Origin: Thermovirgaceae bacterium
GTDB taxonomy: Bacteria; Synergistota; Synergistia; Synergistales; Thermovirgaceae
DNA: 64,000 nucleotides
Direction of reading: 5' to 3'
NCBI GenBank assembly: GCA_040767805.1
Contig: JAXGNU010000007.1
Location: 17,256-81,255, forward strand
Shown: positions 1-9,700 of the stretch, piece by piece
Layout of the letters: every line of letters begins with the position of its first letter
How positions within the stretch are numbered: position 1 is the stretch's first letter
Notes under the pieces: generated by a model
What the model was told of the DNA's origin: nothing
Databases searched by the model: none
Seen by the model: only the letters and a program-made list of their open reading frames with translations
Program-made: the position numbers and the translations under genes

Positions 1-332
1 ATGCCCGCCACAGCGTCGGCGTGGTCCTGGCGGAAGGTCTTGCCCCGGAAGGCTTCGTGGGCCCAGGCCTCCCTGTCCTCGCAGAAGGTCTCCCGGTCCC
101 GCCTCCGGCGGCTCGTCTCCACGATGGCGCACTTGGCCCCGAGTTCGAGGAGCATCCGGGCGAGGTCGCCGTACTTGTTCCCCGGGGCCGGGCCGGCGCA
201 CCCGTGGACACCGTGGAGAAGTACCACCAGGGGGGCGTCGGCGGGGGTCCCCGACCCTTCCATGATATGGACGGGGACGAGGCCGTCCCCGAAAGTCCCG
301 GGCGCGTCTAGTCTTTTTGTCTCCAGGTCCAG
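1..332 (-). CDS. alpha/beta hydrolase family protein, N-terminal part (runs off window)
   Basis: Manual minus-strand translation gives LDLETKRLDAPG...PLVVLLHGVHGCAG...YGDLARMLLELG, with an LxxLHG oxyanion-type motif. AGGAAAGGGG SD precedes a CTG at 332. Not in the ORF track. Confidence 0.6.
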   Translation of the reverse strand, partial: MDLETKRLDAPGTFGDGLVPVHIMEGSGTPADAPLVVLLHGVHGCAGPAPGNKYGDLARMLLELGAKCAIVETSRRRRDRETFCEDREAWAHEAFRGKTFRQDHADAVAG

Positions 333-424
333 GGCCCCTTTCCTAATTTAGTATGGCTCTTTGGGCACCTAGAGTTTATCATAGGGACGAGGCGAAGCAC
401 TTACCACGGGGAGGCGTTCCGATC

Positions 425-1792
425 GTGACCGACGTCTGCGACTGGCTCAGGGAGAGGGACCTGGAAGGGGTCTGCGGGGATATCCTGGAACAGATATCCA
501 TGCCGCTGATCGCGGGGAGCATCGTCGAGGAACGGCTGGTGGTGGAGTCGGTCAACAGTTTTTTCTGCGACCTCATCGGCACGGCCTGCCCGGAACTGCC
601 GGAGGCGCTGGACGTCCTTCTTTCCGGGCTGCCGGGGCCCAAGGACCTGGAACCCCTCCTGAGGGCGGCATCGGTGAAGGGATGGAAGACCTTGTGTTGG
701 TCCCTGGTCCCCGGGGAGATGGAGCTTGATCTCAGCTGCTGGAGCGACGGTGAGCGTTTCGTGGCCTTCTTCCACGACCTGTCCCCCCACGAGTTCCACC
801 GCAGGCTCCTGGGTATGGGGGAGCGCCTCACCCAGGCCCTCGGGCTCTTCGACGCGAAGGGCACCATACCCCAGTTGCTCCTGGAGCTGGTGGAGCACAT
901 GGGGGTTGACTGGGCCGGCATCTTCGTCTGGGACGGGGTCGGGCAGAGGTGGATGCTCTCCCTGGAGGAGGCCGACCCCGGGGAGTACGGGCTCGACGAG
1001 AAGCAAAGCGCCCTCACCTTCGCTAGGAAACTGTCCGAGGCGCAGGGGGGGCCCTTCGGCCACCAGTTCGGCGGCCTGGCAGTCCAGGAGGGGTCGAGAT
1101 GGTGGGTCCCCTGGGCCTGCGAGGGGCGCGAGTGGGAACCCCTGATGACGGAAGCGGGCTTCGGGTCGCTCTTCTGCGGGGTGCTGCTGACCGGCTCGGC
1201 GCCGGCGGTCCTCCTCTGCCTCGCCAGGGCCGGCGGGGTCTTCGCGAAGATAAACAGGGACGTGATGGAGGCCCTTTGGCCGGTGTTCCTCTCCTCGGCC
1301 GAGAGGAACCGTGCCGTGGAGGGGATCACCAGGCTTTACCCCCGCGACCCCGTATCGGGCCTTTTCGCCCGGGACTTGACCCTGGGGCTCATGAAGGTGG
1401 AGATGGACCGTTCCAGGCGCTACGGGTACCCCCTCACGGCCATGGCGGTGGAGATCACCAACCTTGACCGGGTCTGGGCCACCGGCGGCGAGGAGGCCGT
1501 CGCCGAGACGGTCCAGGTGCTCTCCCGGGAGGTGCTGAAAAACCTCAGGAGCGTGGATATCAGCGGGCGTGTGGACGACGGCCAAATCGTCGTCCTGCTG
1601 CCCCATACGCCCTTCGAGGGCGCCGAGGTGGTCTCCGGGAGGATAAGGTCCCGGCTGGGGGCGATATCGCCGTCGCAGAGCCTGCCGGTGGAGACGGAAG
1701 TGAGGATCGCGATCAGGGACGAAGACTGCAAGGAGCCCGAAGACCTTCTCGCCCGGCTCGGTTTCACGGGCGCCGGCCAGGGGTCCTCATGA
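425..1792 (+). CDS. sensor (GAF-like) domain plus degenerate GGDEF domain protein
   Basis: C-terminus has DPVSGLF...EMDRSRRYGYPL...LRSVDISGRVDDGQIVVLLP (GGDEF fold, motif degenerate). GGAGG SD before GTG 425. Confidence 0.8.
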   Translation: MTDVCDWLRERDLEGVCGDILEQISMPLIAGSIVEERLVVESVNSFFCDLIGTACPELPEALDVLLSGLPGPKDLEPLLRAASVKGWKTLCWSLVPGEMELDLSCWSDGERFVAFFHDLSPHEFHRRLLGMGERLTQALGLFDAKGTIPQLLLELVEHMGVDWAGIFVWDGVGQRWMLSLEEADPGEYGLDEKQSALTFARKLSEAQGGPFGHQFGGLAVQEGSRWWVPWACEGREWEPLMTEAGFGSLFCGVLLTGSAPAVLLCLARAGGVFAKINRDVMEALWPVFLSSAERNRAVEGITRLYPRDPVSGLFARDLTLGLMKVEMDRSRRYGYPLTAMAVEITNLDRVWATGGEEAVAETVQVLSREVLKNLRSVDISGRVDDGQIVVLLPHTPFEGAEVVSGRIRSRLGAISPSQSLPVETEVRIAIRDEDCKEPEDLLARLGFTGAGQGSS

Positions 1793-2902
1793 CAGGTTGG
1801 AAAGCCCCGACAGGAACTCCACGGCCCTTTCCAGGTCTTCCGGGGGAGGCACTCTGAGCCTGACGGCCGAATCGTCGAGGTCCAGGTAGGCGGACCCCGG
1901 TTCGCTGTCGATCCCCAGGCCGGCCAGGATCTCGAAAAGGTTTCCCCTCCTCCGGCGGGCCATCATGATCGGCGTAGAGGGGTGGGTGACGGCCACCTCC
2001 ATATCCCTGCCGCCCGCCAGGGCGCCCAGCATGGCCTCCTTGGCCCTTTTCACGTAAGCCTTCGTCAATTCAAGGAATTCCGAATCTCCCAGGGCCGCCA
2101 TCGCCGTCTTGATGCCCGGGAGGCTCACACCGAAGGGGCGCTGGAGCAGTTGGTAGATCTGGAGCAGTTCCGGGTCGCCGATGACGCCGTAGCCGACGCG
2201 CATGCCGGCCAGGCCCCAGGCCTTGGAGAAGGATCGGGTGACGATGCAGTTGGGGTGCTTTATGGCCACGGCGGACTCTTCCAAGGGAAGGTAGTCCCCG
2301 TAGGCCTCGTCGACGATGACCCAGCACCCCCTCTCGAGACACTCGGCCACGACCGTCTCGAGGTCCCGCAAGGGGAGGACCTGCCCCGTGGGGTTGTGGG
2401 GCCTGTCGATGAAAAGGACGTGGGGGCGCAGCCTGGCGGCCCTCATCCAGGCCTCGAGGCCCGCCTCGAAGCGGGGCCCCTTGAGGAGCACCGGGTGGTA
2501 GCGGACGCTGCCCTGCATTGCCTGGAGTGGCATGTCGGTGAACTGGGGGGAGACGCCCGAAAGGAGGGAGCCCGGCGGGAGTAGCAGTCGGGTGAGGGTC
2601 ACGAGCACGTCCATTGACCCCTGCCCCAGGACGATCCTGTCCGCCAGCCCTTCGTCCCCCAGGTAGCGGGCGATGGCCGCCGTCAGGTCCTTGGCCACCG
2701 GCGGCGGGTAGTCGCCGATGTTCCAATCCCCGCAGGAGCCCAGCAGTTCCCTGACGGCCGGCGGGATCCCCAGGGGGTTGGTGCCGAGCCCGCAGTTCAC
2801 CAGGGACGGACTGGGGAGGCGGTGGAGTTGGCTTTTGCTCCTCCGCGCGAAACTTTCCTGGGTCATTTCAAGGATATGTCTCGGGAGCCTGCCCTTCCAC
2901 AA
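1787..2902 (-). CDS. PLP-dependent class I/II aminotransferase (HisC/CobD-like)
   Basis: Motifs PHNPTG, VDEAYGDY, RSFSKAWGLAGMRVGY. AGGAGGGG SD before TTG 2902. Confidence 0.85.
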   Translation of the reverse strand: MWKGRLPRHILEMTQESFARRSKSQLHRLPSPSLVNCGLGTNPLGIPPAVRELLGSCGDWNIGDYPPPVAKDLTAAIARYLGDEGLADRIVLGQGSMDVLVTLTRLLLPPGSLLSGVSPQFTDMPLQAMQGSVRYHPVLLKGPRFEAGLEAWMRAARLRPHVLFIDRPHNPTGQVLPLRDLETVVAECLERGCWVIVDEAYGDYLPLEESAVAIKHPNCIVTRSFSKAWGLAGMRVGYGVIGDPELLQIYQLLQRPFGVSLPGIKTAMAALGDSEFLELTKAYVKRAKEAMLGALAGGRDMEVAVTHPSTPIMMARRRRGNLFEILAGLGIDSEPGSAYLDLDDSAVRLRVPPPEDLERAVEFLSGLSNLS

Positions 2903-2959
2903 GTTGAACCCCTCCTGACGGGTGTTATGATATAATATCGGTGCAACGGGTAAAAGAGA

Positions 2960-3142
2960 ACAGGCCCTGCGGTGTTCGTGAACATGGTGAAGTGCCTTGA
3001 GCCAACACCCGGTCGTGGGAGACTGATCTACCCGCCGGCAATGGCGGCGCCAAGGCGCTACCCCGCGCAAAGGCGGGTGAGGTTTCCACCTAGTTTGGAA
3101 CGGGTCAAGGCCTTCGTGTCACGGCACTCGCGGGGGTTTCTT
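2960..3142 (+). ncRNA. ssrS: 6S RNA
   Basis: Long rod with central bubble: CCCTGCGGTGTTCGTGA pairs TCACGGCACTCGCGGGG, CCTTGAGCC pairs GGGTCAAGG, GTGGGAGAC pairs GTTTCCAC, ACCCGCC pairs GGCGGGT. TGaTATAAT promoter at 2928-2936. Lies upstream of rarA, as in many Firmicutes-like genomes. Confidence 0.8.
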
Positions 3143-3223
3143 CTTTTGCACGGGGAGCGGGGTATGGGGGCCATGGGTCTTCATGCCCCGTTTTCTTTAT
3201 TTCTTACCGAGGAGGCGGATTCA

Positions 3224-4198
3224 ATGGCTGTCGCCGCGCCCTTCTGGCACCCGTCGATGGCACGGGGTTTCATCCTCGACTGGGACGGGGTCCTGGCCGA
3301 CACGAAGCTGGATTTCGGCCCCATCAGGGCCAAGTACTTCAAGGGCGAACGGGTCCCCCTGGTGGAGGCCGCCGACATGCTGGAGAGGGACCGTCGGGCC
3401 GACCTGGAGAGGGAACTCTACGAACTGGAAATGGAGGGCGCGAGGAAGGCGACGCCCGTTCAGGGCGCCCACGAACTGCTGGAGTGGCTGGAGATGTGTA
3501 AGGTCCCCTGGGCGGTGGTCTCCCGGAACTGCCGGGACTCCATCTTCGAGGCGGCGAAGCGGAGCGGGATAACCCTGCCCGGTGTCGTGTTGTCCCGGGA
3601 CGAGGGGCCACTGAAGCCCGACCCCCAGGCGCTCTGGTCCGCCGCCGGGGCCATCGGCGTGGAGCCGACGCTTTGCCTGATGGTGGGAGACTTCATCTAC
3701 GACCTCTACGGGGCGCGCAGGGCCGGGATGAGGGCCGTCCTGGTGGAGCGATGCAACCCCGACTGGGAGAGGTGGGCCGACGCCTCCTACGGCCGCCTGG
3801 CGGACCTCGTGGCGTCCCTCGGGGCCCCGGAGCCGTTGGTGCCCTGGGAATACCGGGAACTGGAGAGGGAGCGCGGGAGAGAGTGGCTCGAAAGGGCCTG
3901 GGAGATAGAGGCGGCTCTCCCGGAAACTTCGCCCGAGATCCTCTCCGTGGCGCTGGCCGCGGCGGCACTCGGTGTGGGCGGACTTCGGGTCGACTCCAAG
4001 GCGAAGCTCTCGCTGGAGCAGTGGGAGGAGGCGCCCTTTTTGCCCCTCTCCCTCGTCGACAGGCCCCTGCTGTCGGTGCTGGCGCAGGTCCTGGGGGAGC
4101 GCTACCCCCAGGTGATGATCTCCAGGGACGGGGCGCCCCTGGAACTCCCCCCGAGGGCGGGCATGGTGGAGGAGGCCGTCCTCTCATGGATGAACTGA
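3224..4198 (+). CDS. HAD-superfamily hydrolase with C-terminal extension
   Basis: Motifs DWDGVLAD, VSRN, KPDP, MVGDFIYD. GAGGAGG SD. Confidence 0.85.
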   Translation: MAVAAPFWHPSMARGFILDWDGVLADTKLDFGPIRAKYFKGERVPLVEAADMLERDRRADLERELYELEMEGARKATPVQGAHELLEWLEMCKVPWAVVSRNCRDSIFEAAKRSGITLPGVVLSRDEGPLKPDPQALWSAAGAIGVEPTLCLMVGDFIYDLYGARRAGMRAVLVERCNPDWERWADASYGRLADLVASLGAPEPLVPWEYRELERERGREWLERAWEIEAALPETSPEILSVALAAAALGVGGLRVDSKAKLSLEQWEEAPFLPLSLVDRPLLSVLAQVLGERYPQVMISRDGAPLELPPRAGMVEEAVLSWMN

Positions 4199-5556
4199 AG
4201 GAAAAGAGGAGCCTCTGGGACGAGGCGCCGGGGGAGGCCGCTCCCGCCAGCAAGTGGGAGGTCCCCCTGGCGGAGAGGATGAGGCCCAGGAGCCTCGAAG
4301 AGATGGCCGGGCAGGGGCACCTCCTGTCGGGGGACGCCCCCCTCGCGAGGGCGATCCGGTCGGGGCGGGTGCCCAGCTGCATACTCTACGGCCCTCCCGG
4401 CGTGGGCAAGACGACTATCGCCCGCCTGATGGCCTCCTTGACGGGGAGGGGTTTCCTCGAGATCAACGCCGTCTCGGCCAACGTGGCGGCCCTGAGGGAG
4501 CTGGTGGCCGAGGCGAAGCGCCTAAAGGGCCTCACCGGCCGGGCGCCGGTGGCCTTCGTCGACGAGATCTACCACTTCAACCGTCAGCAGCAGAACGCGC
4601 TGCTCCCCTCGGTGGAAAAGGGCGACCTGGTGCTGGTGGGGACCACCACGGAGAACCCCTACTTCGAGATAAACAAGACCCTCCTCTCCAGGGTCGTGGT
4701 CTACGAACTGCGGCCGCTGGGGGCCGGGGACCTGGTGGGGCTGCTGGAGAGGGCCCTCTCCGACAGGGAGCGGGGGCTGGGCGAATTGGAGCTCTCCGCC
4801 TCGGGCCGGACCTTGGGGGAGATCGCCCTGGGGGCCGGCGGCGACGCCCGCCAGGCGCTGACGAGGCTCGAGCTTTCGGCCCACGCCGTGGCCGCCGGCG
4901 GGGGGAGCGTCATCGACGCGGAGACGGTGAGGAACGTATCGCCCAAGGCGCTTCAGCGCTACGACCGGGACCAGGACGACCACTACAGGATCATATCGGC
5001 GCTGATCAAGAGCATGAGGGGTTCCGACCCCGACGCCGCCGTCTACTGGCTGGGACGGCTCGTGGCCGGGGGCGAGGACGTGCGTTTCGTGGCCCGGAGG
5101 CTCCTGGTCTTCGCCGCCGAGGACGTGGGGCTCGCCGACCCGAGCGCGCTCTCGGTGGCGGCCGGCGCCGCCTACGCATCGGACTTCGTGGGGCTCCCCG
5201 AGGCGAGGATAATACTCTCGGAGGCCGTCATCTACCTCTCGCTGGCGCCGAAGAGCAACAGCGCCTACAAGGCCATTGACGGGGCCCTTTCGGCCATTGA
5301 GCGGGGCGAGCTACAGGAGGTCCCCCTCCACCTGAGGCCGGGCGGCGAGGGGTACCTCTACCCCCACGACTTTCCGGGGCACTGGGTGGCCCAAAAGTAC
5401 ATGGACCGGCCGTTTAAGTTCTACAGGCCGGGCGGTCTCGGAGAGGAACCGGAGATGGCCCGGCTTCACGGGCTAAAAGGTGATGGTCATGACGCCGATG
5501 AAGACGAGGACGATCCCGCCCGCCAGCCGGGGGGTGAGCTTCTCGCCGAGGAATAG
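4186..5556 (+). CDS. rarA: replication-associated recombination protein A (RarA/MgsA AAA+ ATPase)
   Basis: PLAERMRP, GPPGVGKT, FVDEIYHF, TTENPYF, KSMRGSDPDAA, YLYPHDF. Confidence 0.93.
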   Translation: MDELKEKRSLWDEAPGEAAPASKWEVPLAERMRPRSLEEMAGQGHLLSGDAPLARAIRSGRVPSCILYGPPGVGKTTIARLMASLTGRGFLEINAVSANVAALRELVAEAKRLKGLTGRAPVAFVDEIYHFNRQQQNALLPSVEKGDLVLVGTTTENPYFEINKTLLSRVVVYELRPLGAGDLVGLLERALSDRERGLGELELSASGRTLGEIALGAGGDARQALTRLELSAHAVAAGGGSVIDAETVRNVSPKALQRYDRDQDDHYRIISALIKSMRGSDPDAAVYWLGRLVAGGEDVRFVARRLLVFAAEDVGLADPSALSVAAGAAYASDFVGLPEARIILSEAVIYLSLAPKSNSAYKAIDGALSAIERGELQEVPLHLRPGGEGYLYPHDFPGHWVAQKYMDRPFKFYRPGGLGEEPEMARLHGLKGDGHDADEDEDDPARQPGGELLAEE

Positions 5557-6357
5557 CGTGGCGAAGAGGGCCGCCAGGAAGGGCCTGATGGAAACGATGC
5601 AGACCACGGCGTCGACAGGGGCCAGCCCGAAGGCGTAGGTCATGAATAGGTTGCCCACCGTGAGCCCCAGGGCGCCCGCCAGGGCCATCTCGACCATGGG
5701 GCCCCGGGGAATGCTTCCCGCCCCCCTGCACCTTTCCAGGAGATAGAACAGGACCCACGAACCCAGGGTGATACTCACGGAGCGCCACCATTCCAGCTGT
5801 GGCACCGGTACGGTCTGCATGAGCACCTTGTTGGTGATCATGCCGAAGGTCCAGCAGGACATGGCCAGGAAGGAGGCCGCCAGCCCGCCGAGAACCTGTC
5901 GTTTCCCCTCGAGGTCCTGCTTGTGGGGCGAGAGCAGCACGAGGCCGGCCACGATGAGCGCGGCCGCTACGAGGACCATGGGCTTGGCGGGTTCCCCCAG
6001 GAAGATCCAGGCGGCGGGCACCACCATCAGGGGGTAGGAGGACGTGACGGGCACCGATATGGAGACCCCAAGTTTGTGGAGGGACGAGAAATAAAAAAAG
6101 TCCCCCAGGACGAGCCAGAGGACGGAGCAGGCGAATATCTTCGCCATGGTCACCGCCGGGAGGGGGACGAAGGCCGAGGGCCCCATGGTAAGGAAGAGGA
6201 AAAGGGCGGCGCTGATGATGTAGCCGTTGCAACGCAGGGCGCCTAGGCCGGAGTAGGATATACGGTCCACCCCGCGGCGGTAGAGAACGGGAGCCACCGC
6301 CCAGCTGACGGCGGCCATCAGGGCCAGGAAATAGCTGAAGAGATGCGGGGACTGCAT
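5473..6357 (-). CDS. DMT/EamA family transporter
   Basis: About 10 hydrophobic segments in two EamA repeats, each ending ...FLGE. Confidence 0.85.
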   Translation of the reverse strand: MQSPHLFSYFLALMAAVSWAVAPVLYRRGVDRISYSGLGALRCNGYIISAALFLFLTMGPSAFVPLPAVTMAKIFACSVLWLVLGDFFYFSSLHKLGVSISVPVTSSYPLMVVPAAWIFLGEPAKPMVLVAAALIVAGLVLLSPHKQDLEGKRQVLGGLAASFLAMSCWTFGMITNKVLMQTVPVPQLEWWRSVSITLGSWVLFYLLERCRGAGSIPRGPMVEMALAGALGLTVGNLFMTYAFGLAPVDAVVCIVSIRPFLAALFATLFLGEKLTPRLAGGIVLVFIGVMTITF

Positions 6358-6369
6358 TTGGGGGGAGGG

Positions 6370-7047
6370 CTAGCCCGAGGCCGAGAGTTCCGGGTGCCCC
6401 CTCAGGTAGTTCAGGAGCCCGTCCCTGGAGCGCTCGAGGTGGCCCCTCATTACCGCCTCGGCCTTGTCGGGGTCGCCCGTCTCGATGGCGTCGATGATGG
6501 CCACGTGTTCGTGGGCGAAGGTGCTCAAGGGGATGCCCTCCACGGAGTAGTGCCGGCAGAGGTTGATGAGGTCGGCGATGTTGTGGAGCATCATGGTCAG
6601 GTAGCGGTTGCCCGACAGCTCGTAGAGGGAGGCGTGGAACAGCCTGTCCTCGGCGAGGTAGTGGTCCGTCTCGGTCTCGTCGGTCATGACCGAAAAAACG
6701 GGGCGCCAGCGCTCCAGCTCCTTGATGGGCTGGAGCCGGGTCACCAGCCGGACGGCGATGATCTCCAGGTGGGTGCGGAGGTCGTAGAGGTCGGAAGCGT
6801 CCTTGACGGTGGGAAGAGAGACGAAGGCGCCCCGCCGCGGTTCCAGCGTCACCAGGCCGGTCTGGGCGAGCTGCCTTATGGCCTCCCTGACGGGGGTGCG
6901 GGATACGGCGAGCTTGTCCGCCAGGTCGACCTCGGAGAGCCTCTCACCGGGTCTGATGAAGCCCCCGACGATGGCTTCCTTTATCTTTTCGTAGACGATC
7001 TGGCGAAGGTCTATGTTGCGAGCCGGCGAGAGCGGGTCGTTGAACAT
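6370..7047 (-). CDS. GntR family (FCD) transcriptional regulator
   Basis: PGERLSEVDLADKLAVSRTPVREAI wHTH, plus FCD motifs FH...EH..II.AI. Confidence 0.9.
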   Translation of the reverse strand: MFNDPLSPARNIDLRQIVYEKIKEAIVGGFIRPGERLSEVDLADKLAVSRTPVREAIRQLAQTGLVTLEPRRGAFVSLPTVKDASDLYDLRTHLEIIAVRLVTRLQPIKELERWRPVFSVMTDETETDHYLAEDRLFHASLYELSGNRYLTMMLHNIADLINLCRHYSVEGIPLSTFAHEHVAIIDAIETGDPDKAEAVMRGHLERSRDGLLNYLRGHPELSASG

Positions 7048-7143
7048 GGGACCGCCTCCTGTTAAGGGGTTGGAGGTTTTACGTATACTCCGTCCATTAT
7101 ACATCCCTTGGCCGACGGCGCAACGTCTTGGCGGCCCCGGGAT

Positions 7144-7656
7144 CTACCGGCCCCCGCGGTTTATCCAGTCGGTCCAAAGGGAGAGGGCGTAGACGGCGTC
7201 GGAGAGGCGGTTCAGCCAGGCGTAGGGGGCGTCGCCGATATCGCCCTGCCGGTGAAGGCCGACGGCGACCCGCTCGGCCCTGCGGGCGATCGTCCTGGCC
7301 AGGTGGAGGGCCGCGCCGGGGAGGGAGTCGCCGGGGCGGACGAAGCGGAAAGTCTCGCCCGTTAAGGTACGGACCTTTTCCACTATTTCGTCAAGGGCGC
7401 CCGGATCGGGCTCGGGGAGGCCCAGGAAAAGGGCCAGGTAGCCCATGACGGCGCCCAGGTCCTCCTCGAGGCGGAAGATCACCTCGCGGATTTCATCGTG
7501 GCAACAGGAGGCCCTGGCCAGGCCGAGCGCGGCCTGGCATTCGTCCAGGGTCCCGTAAAGCTCCACCCTGGGGTGGTCCTTGGGGAGGCGGGAACCGTCG
7601 CCGAGGCCGGTGGTGCCCTTATCCCCTCCCCTGGTCGTTATCCAGGGTTTTTTCAT
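7144..7656 (-). CDS. PduO-type ATP:cob(I)alamin adenosyltransferase
   Basis: TTRGGDKGTT, YGTLDE, RTIARRAER, NRLSD motifs. Confidence 0.9.
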   Translation of the reverse strand: MKKPWITTRGGDKGTTGLGDGSRLPKDHPRVELYGTLDECQAALGLARASCCHDEIREVIFRLEEDLGAVMGYLALFLGLPEPDPGALDEIVEKVRTLTGETFRFVRPGDSLPGAALHLARTIARRAERVAVGLHRQGDIGDAPYAWLNRLSDAVYALSLWTDWINRGGR

Positions 7657-7688
7657 CAGGATCGCCTCCGTCCGATGTATCGTTCAAT

Positions 7689-7715
7689 TAAAAAGGGGCT
7701 GCCGCCGGCAGCCCC
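7689..7715 (-). terminator. intrinsic terminator after DUF2703-like gene
   Basis: Minus strand reads GGGGCTGCC-GGC-GGCAGCCCC-TTTTT. Confidence 0.65.
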
Positions 7716-7729
7716 CGGACCTAGATCCC

Positions 7730-8164
7730 TCAGCCTCCGCCGCAGGTGCCGCAGCCGCTCCCGCAGCCCCCGGTGGACGATAGGGCCACGCGGAGCAGGC
7801 CGTCGGCGATGAGCCCTGGAGGGACGGCCTGGTAGGTCTGGCCGGCCACCTCGATGGTCCGGCACCGGCCGTGGCCCTCGCCCCCGTCGCAGCCGCAGGG
7901 CTTAGAGGAAGCCTCGTACCCCAGTATCTCGTCGAGGGGGGTTTCGGGGAAGTCGATATCGGCACTCTCGAGGGTCACCAGGTTGTTCTTTTCCGGGTCC
8001 CCGCCGGAGGGAGCCTTTTCGAGGGTCACGGGAAAGCCTATGCGGGCGAGTTTCGGCCCGAGTTGCTCCACCATGTTGCAGAGTGTGTCGTAGGTCTCCT
8101 TCACGGGGCCGCACTGGGCCCCCTCGGGTGCGTAGTGCCTGATCCTGATCGTTGAAACGTCCAT
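7730..8164 (-). CDS. DUF2703-like cysteine-rich protein
   Basis: PLDEIL...CGC...CRTIEVAGQTYQAVP..LI pattern and a C-terminal CGSGCGTC. GGAGG SD. Confidence 0.65.
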   Translation of the reverse strand: MDVSTIRIRHYAPEGAQCGPVKETYDTLCNMVEQLGPKLARIGFPVTLEKAPSGGDPEKNNLVTLESADIDFPETPLDEILGYEASSKPCGCDGGEGHGRCRTIEVAGQTYQAVPPGLIADGLLRVALSSTGGCGSGCGTCGGG

Positions 8165-8223
8165 ATCACGAACCTCCTAAATTGGCGTATGCGGTTTTTT
8201 GTCCTTCAGTTGCCTTGATTTTT

Positions 8224-8288
8224 TGTCTCCTGTCTTTCGTATTTCGCTCTTTTCGATTCACGATTTCCGATTCACGATTCACGGATCT
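8224..8288. repeat. short degenerate heptamer tandem repeat (CGATTCA-type)
   Basis: CGATTCA CGATTTC CGATTCA CGATTCA at 8254-8281, preceded by 7-nt periodic TGTCTCC TGTCTTT CGTATTT. Confidence 0.7.
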
Positions 8289-8316
8289 TGCCCTTTTTGT
8301 ATACAAATACTCAAAT

Positions 8317-8736
8317 TCAAGGTCTGACCCCAACGAAGGTGCCCTTGGCGTCGACGTAGGTCTTTCCGTCTTCGCCAATGATCCGGGCCTCGGTCTTCAC
8401 CTTCCGGCCGTCCACCGAAAGGGAGTTCCCGAAGGCCGTGTACCTGGCGCCTGACTTGACGGGTCGCAGGAAGCGGATGCTCATGTCGGCCGTCACGGTC
8501 CAATTCTCAATGGCCTTCTTGGCAGCCCAGGCCATGGCGTCGTCGCAGATCGCCGCCAGTATACCCCCGTGGACGATACCCTCGTAACCGCACCAGGTTT
8601 CGTCGGGGGTGAAGGGTATCACCGTCCGTTCAGAGTCGCCGTCCCAGTAGAGGATCACGCCGAGGGACCTGGGGTTTGTGCCGCTGCGGTCGCAGATGAA
8701 ACATCCCCTGGAGCCTTCCAGTTCTTCCAAGGCCAT
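8317..8736 (-). CDS. PaaI family thioesterase
   Basis: CFIC...NP, GYEGIVHGGILAAICDDAM hot-dog motif. Confidence 0.88.
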   Translation of the reverse strand: MALEELEGSRGCFICDRSGTNPRSLGVILYWDGDSERTVIPFTPDETWCGYEGIVHGGILAAICDDAMAWAAKKAIENWTVTADMSIRFLRPVKSGARYTAFGNSLSVDGRKVKTEARIIGEDGKTYVDAKGTFVGVRP

Positions 8737-8845
8737 TCTTATCACCACCGGCAGGTATTTTACCCCAAGGGGTATGGAGAGTACACCCCTAAGATCTATG
8801 ATGTCTGGACAGAAGCCCTGCCCTGTGGTACTACTATCTTCGCTT

Positions 8846-8931
8846 GCCGGAGTGGCGGAATGGCAGACGCAGCGGACTCAAAATCCGCCGGGGGCAACCC
8901 TGTGGGGGTTCGAGTCCCCCCTCCGGCACCA
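8846..8931 (+). tRNA. tRNA-Leu (CAA)
   Basis: GCCGGAG acceptor stem, GGCGGAATGGCAGACGC D arm, GCGGA-CT-CAA-AA-TCCGC anticodon arm, long variable arm, GGTTCGAGTCC T arm, encoded CCA. Confidence 0.97.
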
Positions 8932-8947
8932 AATTCCAGTAACCCCA

Positions 8948-8989
8948 AGGGTTTTCTCCGTTTCAATCGATTCGGGGAGACCCTTTTTT
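8948..8989 (+). terminator. probable terminator after tRNA-Leu
   Basis: AGGGTTTTCTCCG...CGGGGAGACCCT followed by a T run. Confidence 0.6.
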
Positions 8990-9700
8990 GCGTCTACCTA
9001 AACGGCGAATCCACCGGTGTTAAAAAGGGTTAATTCCGGTGGAATCTAAACGTTCTCCCTCAATACCCTCGAAAATGAATGTAAAGGGGTTCCACACGAA
9101 CGAGATCAGCGGCATTCCTTTAAAGTCTATCCCGGCGAAGTGCTATCCTTGCACGCGGTTACCATGACCACGGCTGGATTTCGCATCAACGAGAGGGCGA
9201 AAGCGCAAGGGGCCTGTGTTACGGGGCACCTCCCATATCCCGGTCGATCCCATAGACGATCAGCGATCCGCTACCACCCCTAGGACGAGTTCAAGGTGTA
9301 CCTCCTTTCAGCATAGGTAGTTCAGAGGGTTAGGGCTAATTGGAGGACATCGATCTCACGTGGTATCATATCGCCGAGGGTTTCCCACCCTTTTTTAATG
9401 GGGAATACCCAGCCGGTTTTACCCGATACTATCCCGAAAAGAGAAAAGACTGAGGGGTGAAATGATGGGCGTAAGGAGTAACCACGTTCCCAGGGAGGAC
9501 GTGCTTCGGGGTTGAAACCCCGACGTCATTACAGCAAGGGGAATGGACTGATCGGACAACGCAATTCAAGGGGAACCCCCCGTGTTTCCTCGAGAGAGGG
9601 AACCTTAAGTCTTGACAAGCCGCTTAGAGATATGACTTTATAAATAATTGGTGTGATGAATATGCGTAGCACTCTGTCTCTGCGGTAGCGAGGTAAAAGC

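Noticed and set aside
2972..3223. N-terminal extension of the HAD ORF
   Set aside because: It overlaps the 6S RNA, and the true start has a strong SD at 3224.
8990..9700. Integrase remnant or attachment site after tRNA-Leu
   Set aside because: Only a short LEDIDL-like stretch among stops and a 17-codon SD-led ORF were seen. No duplicate of the tRNA 3' end was found near 31.3-31.5 kb.
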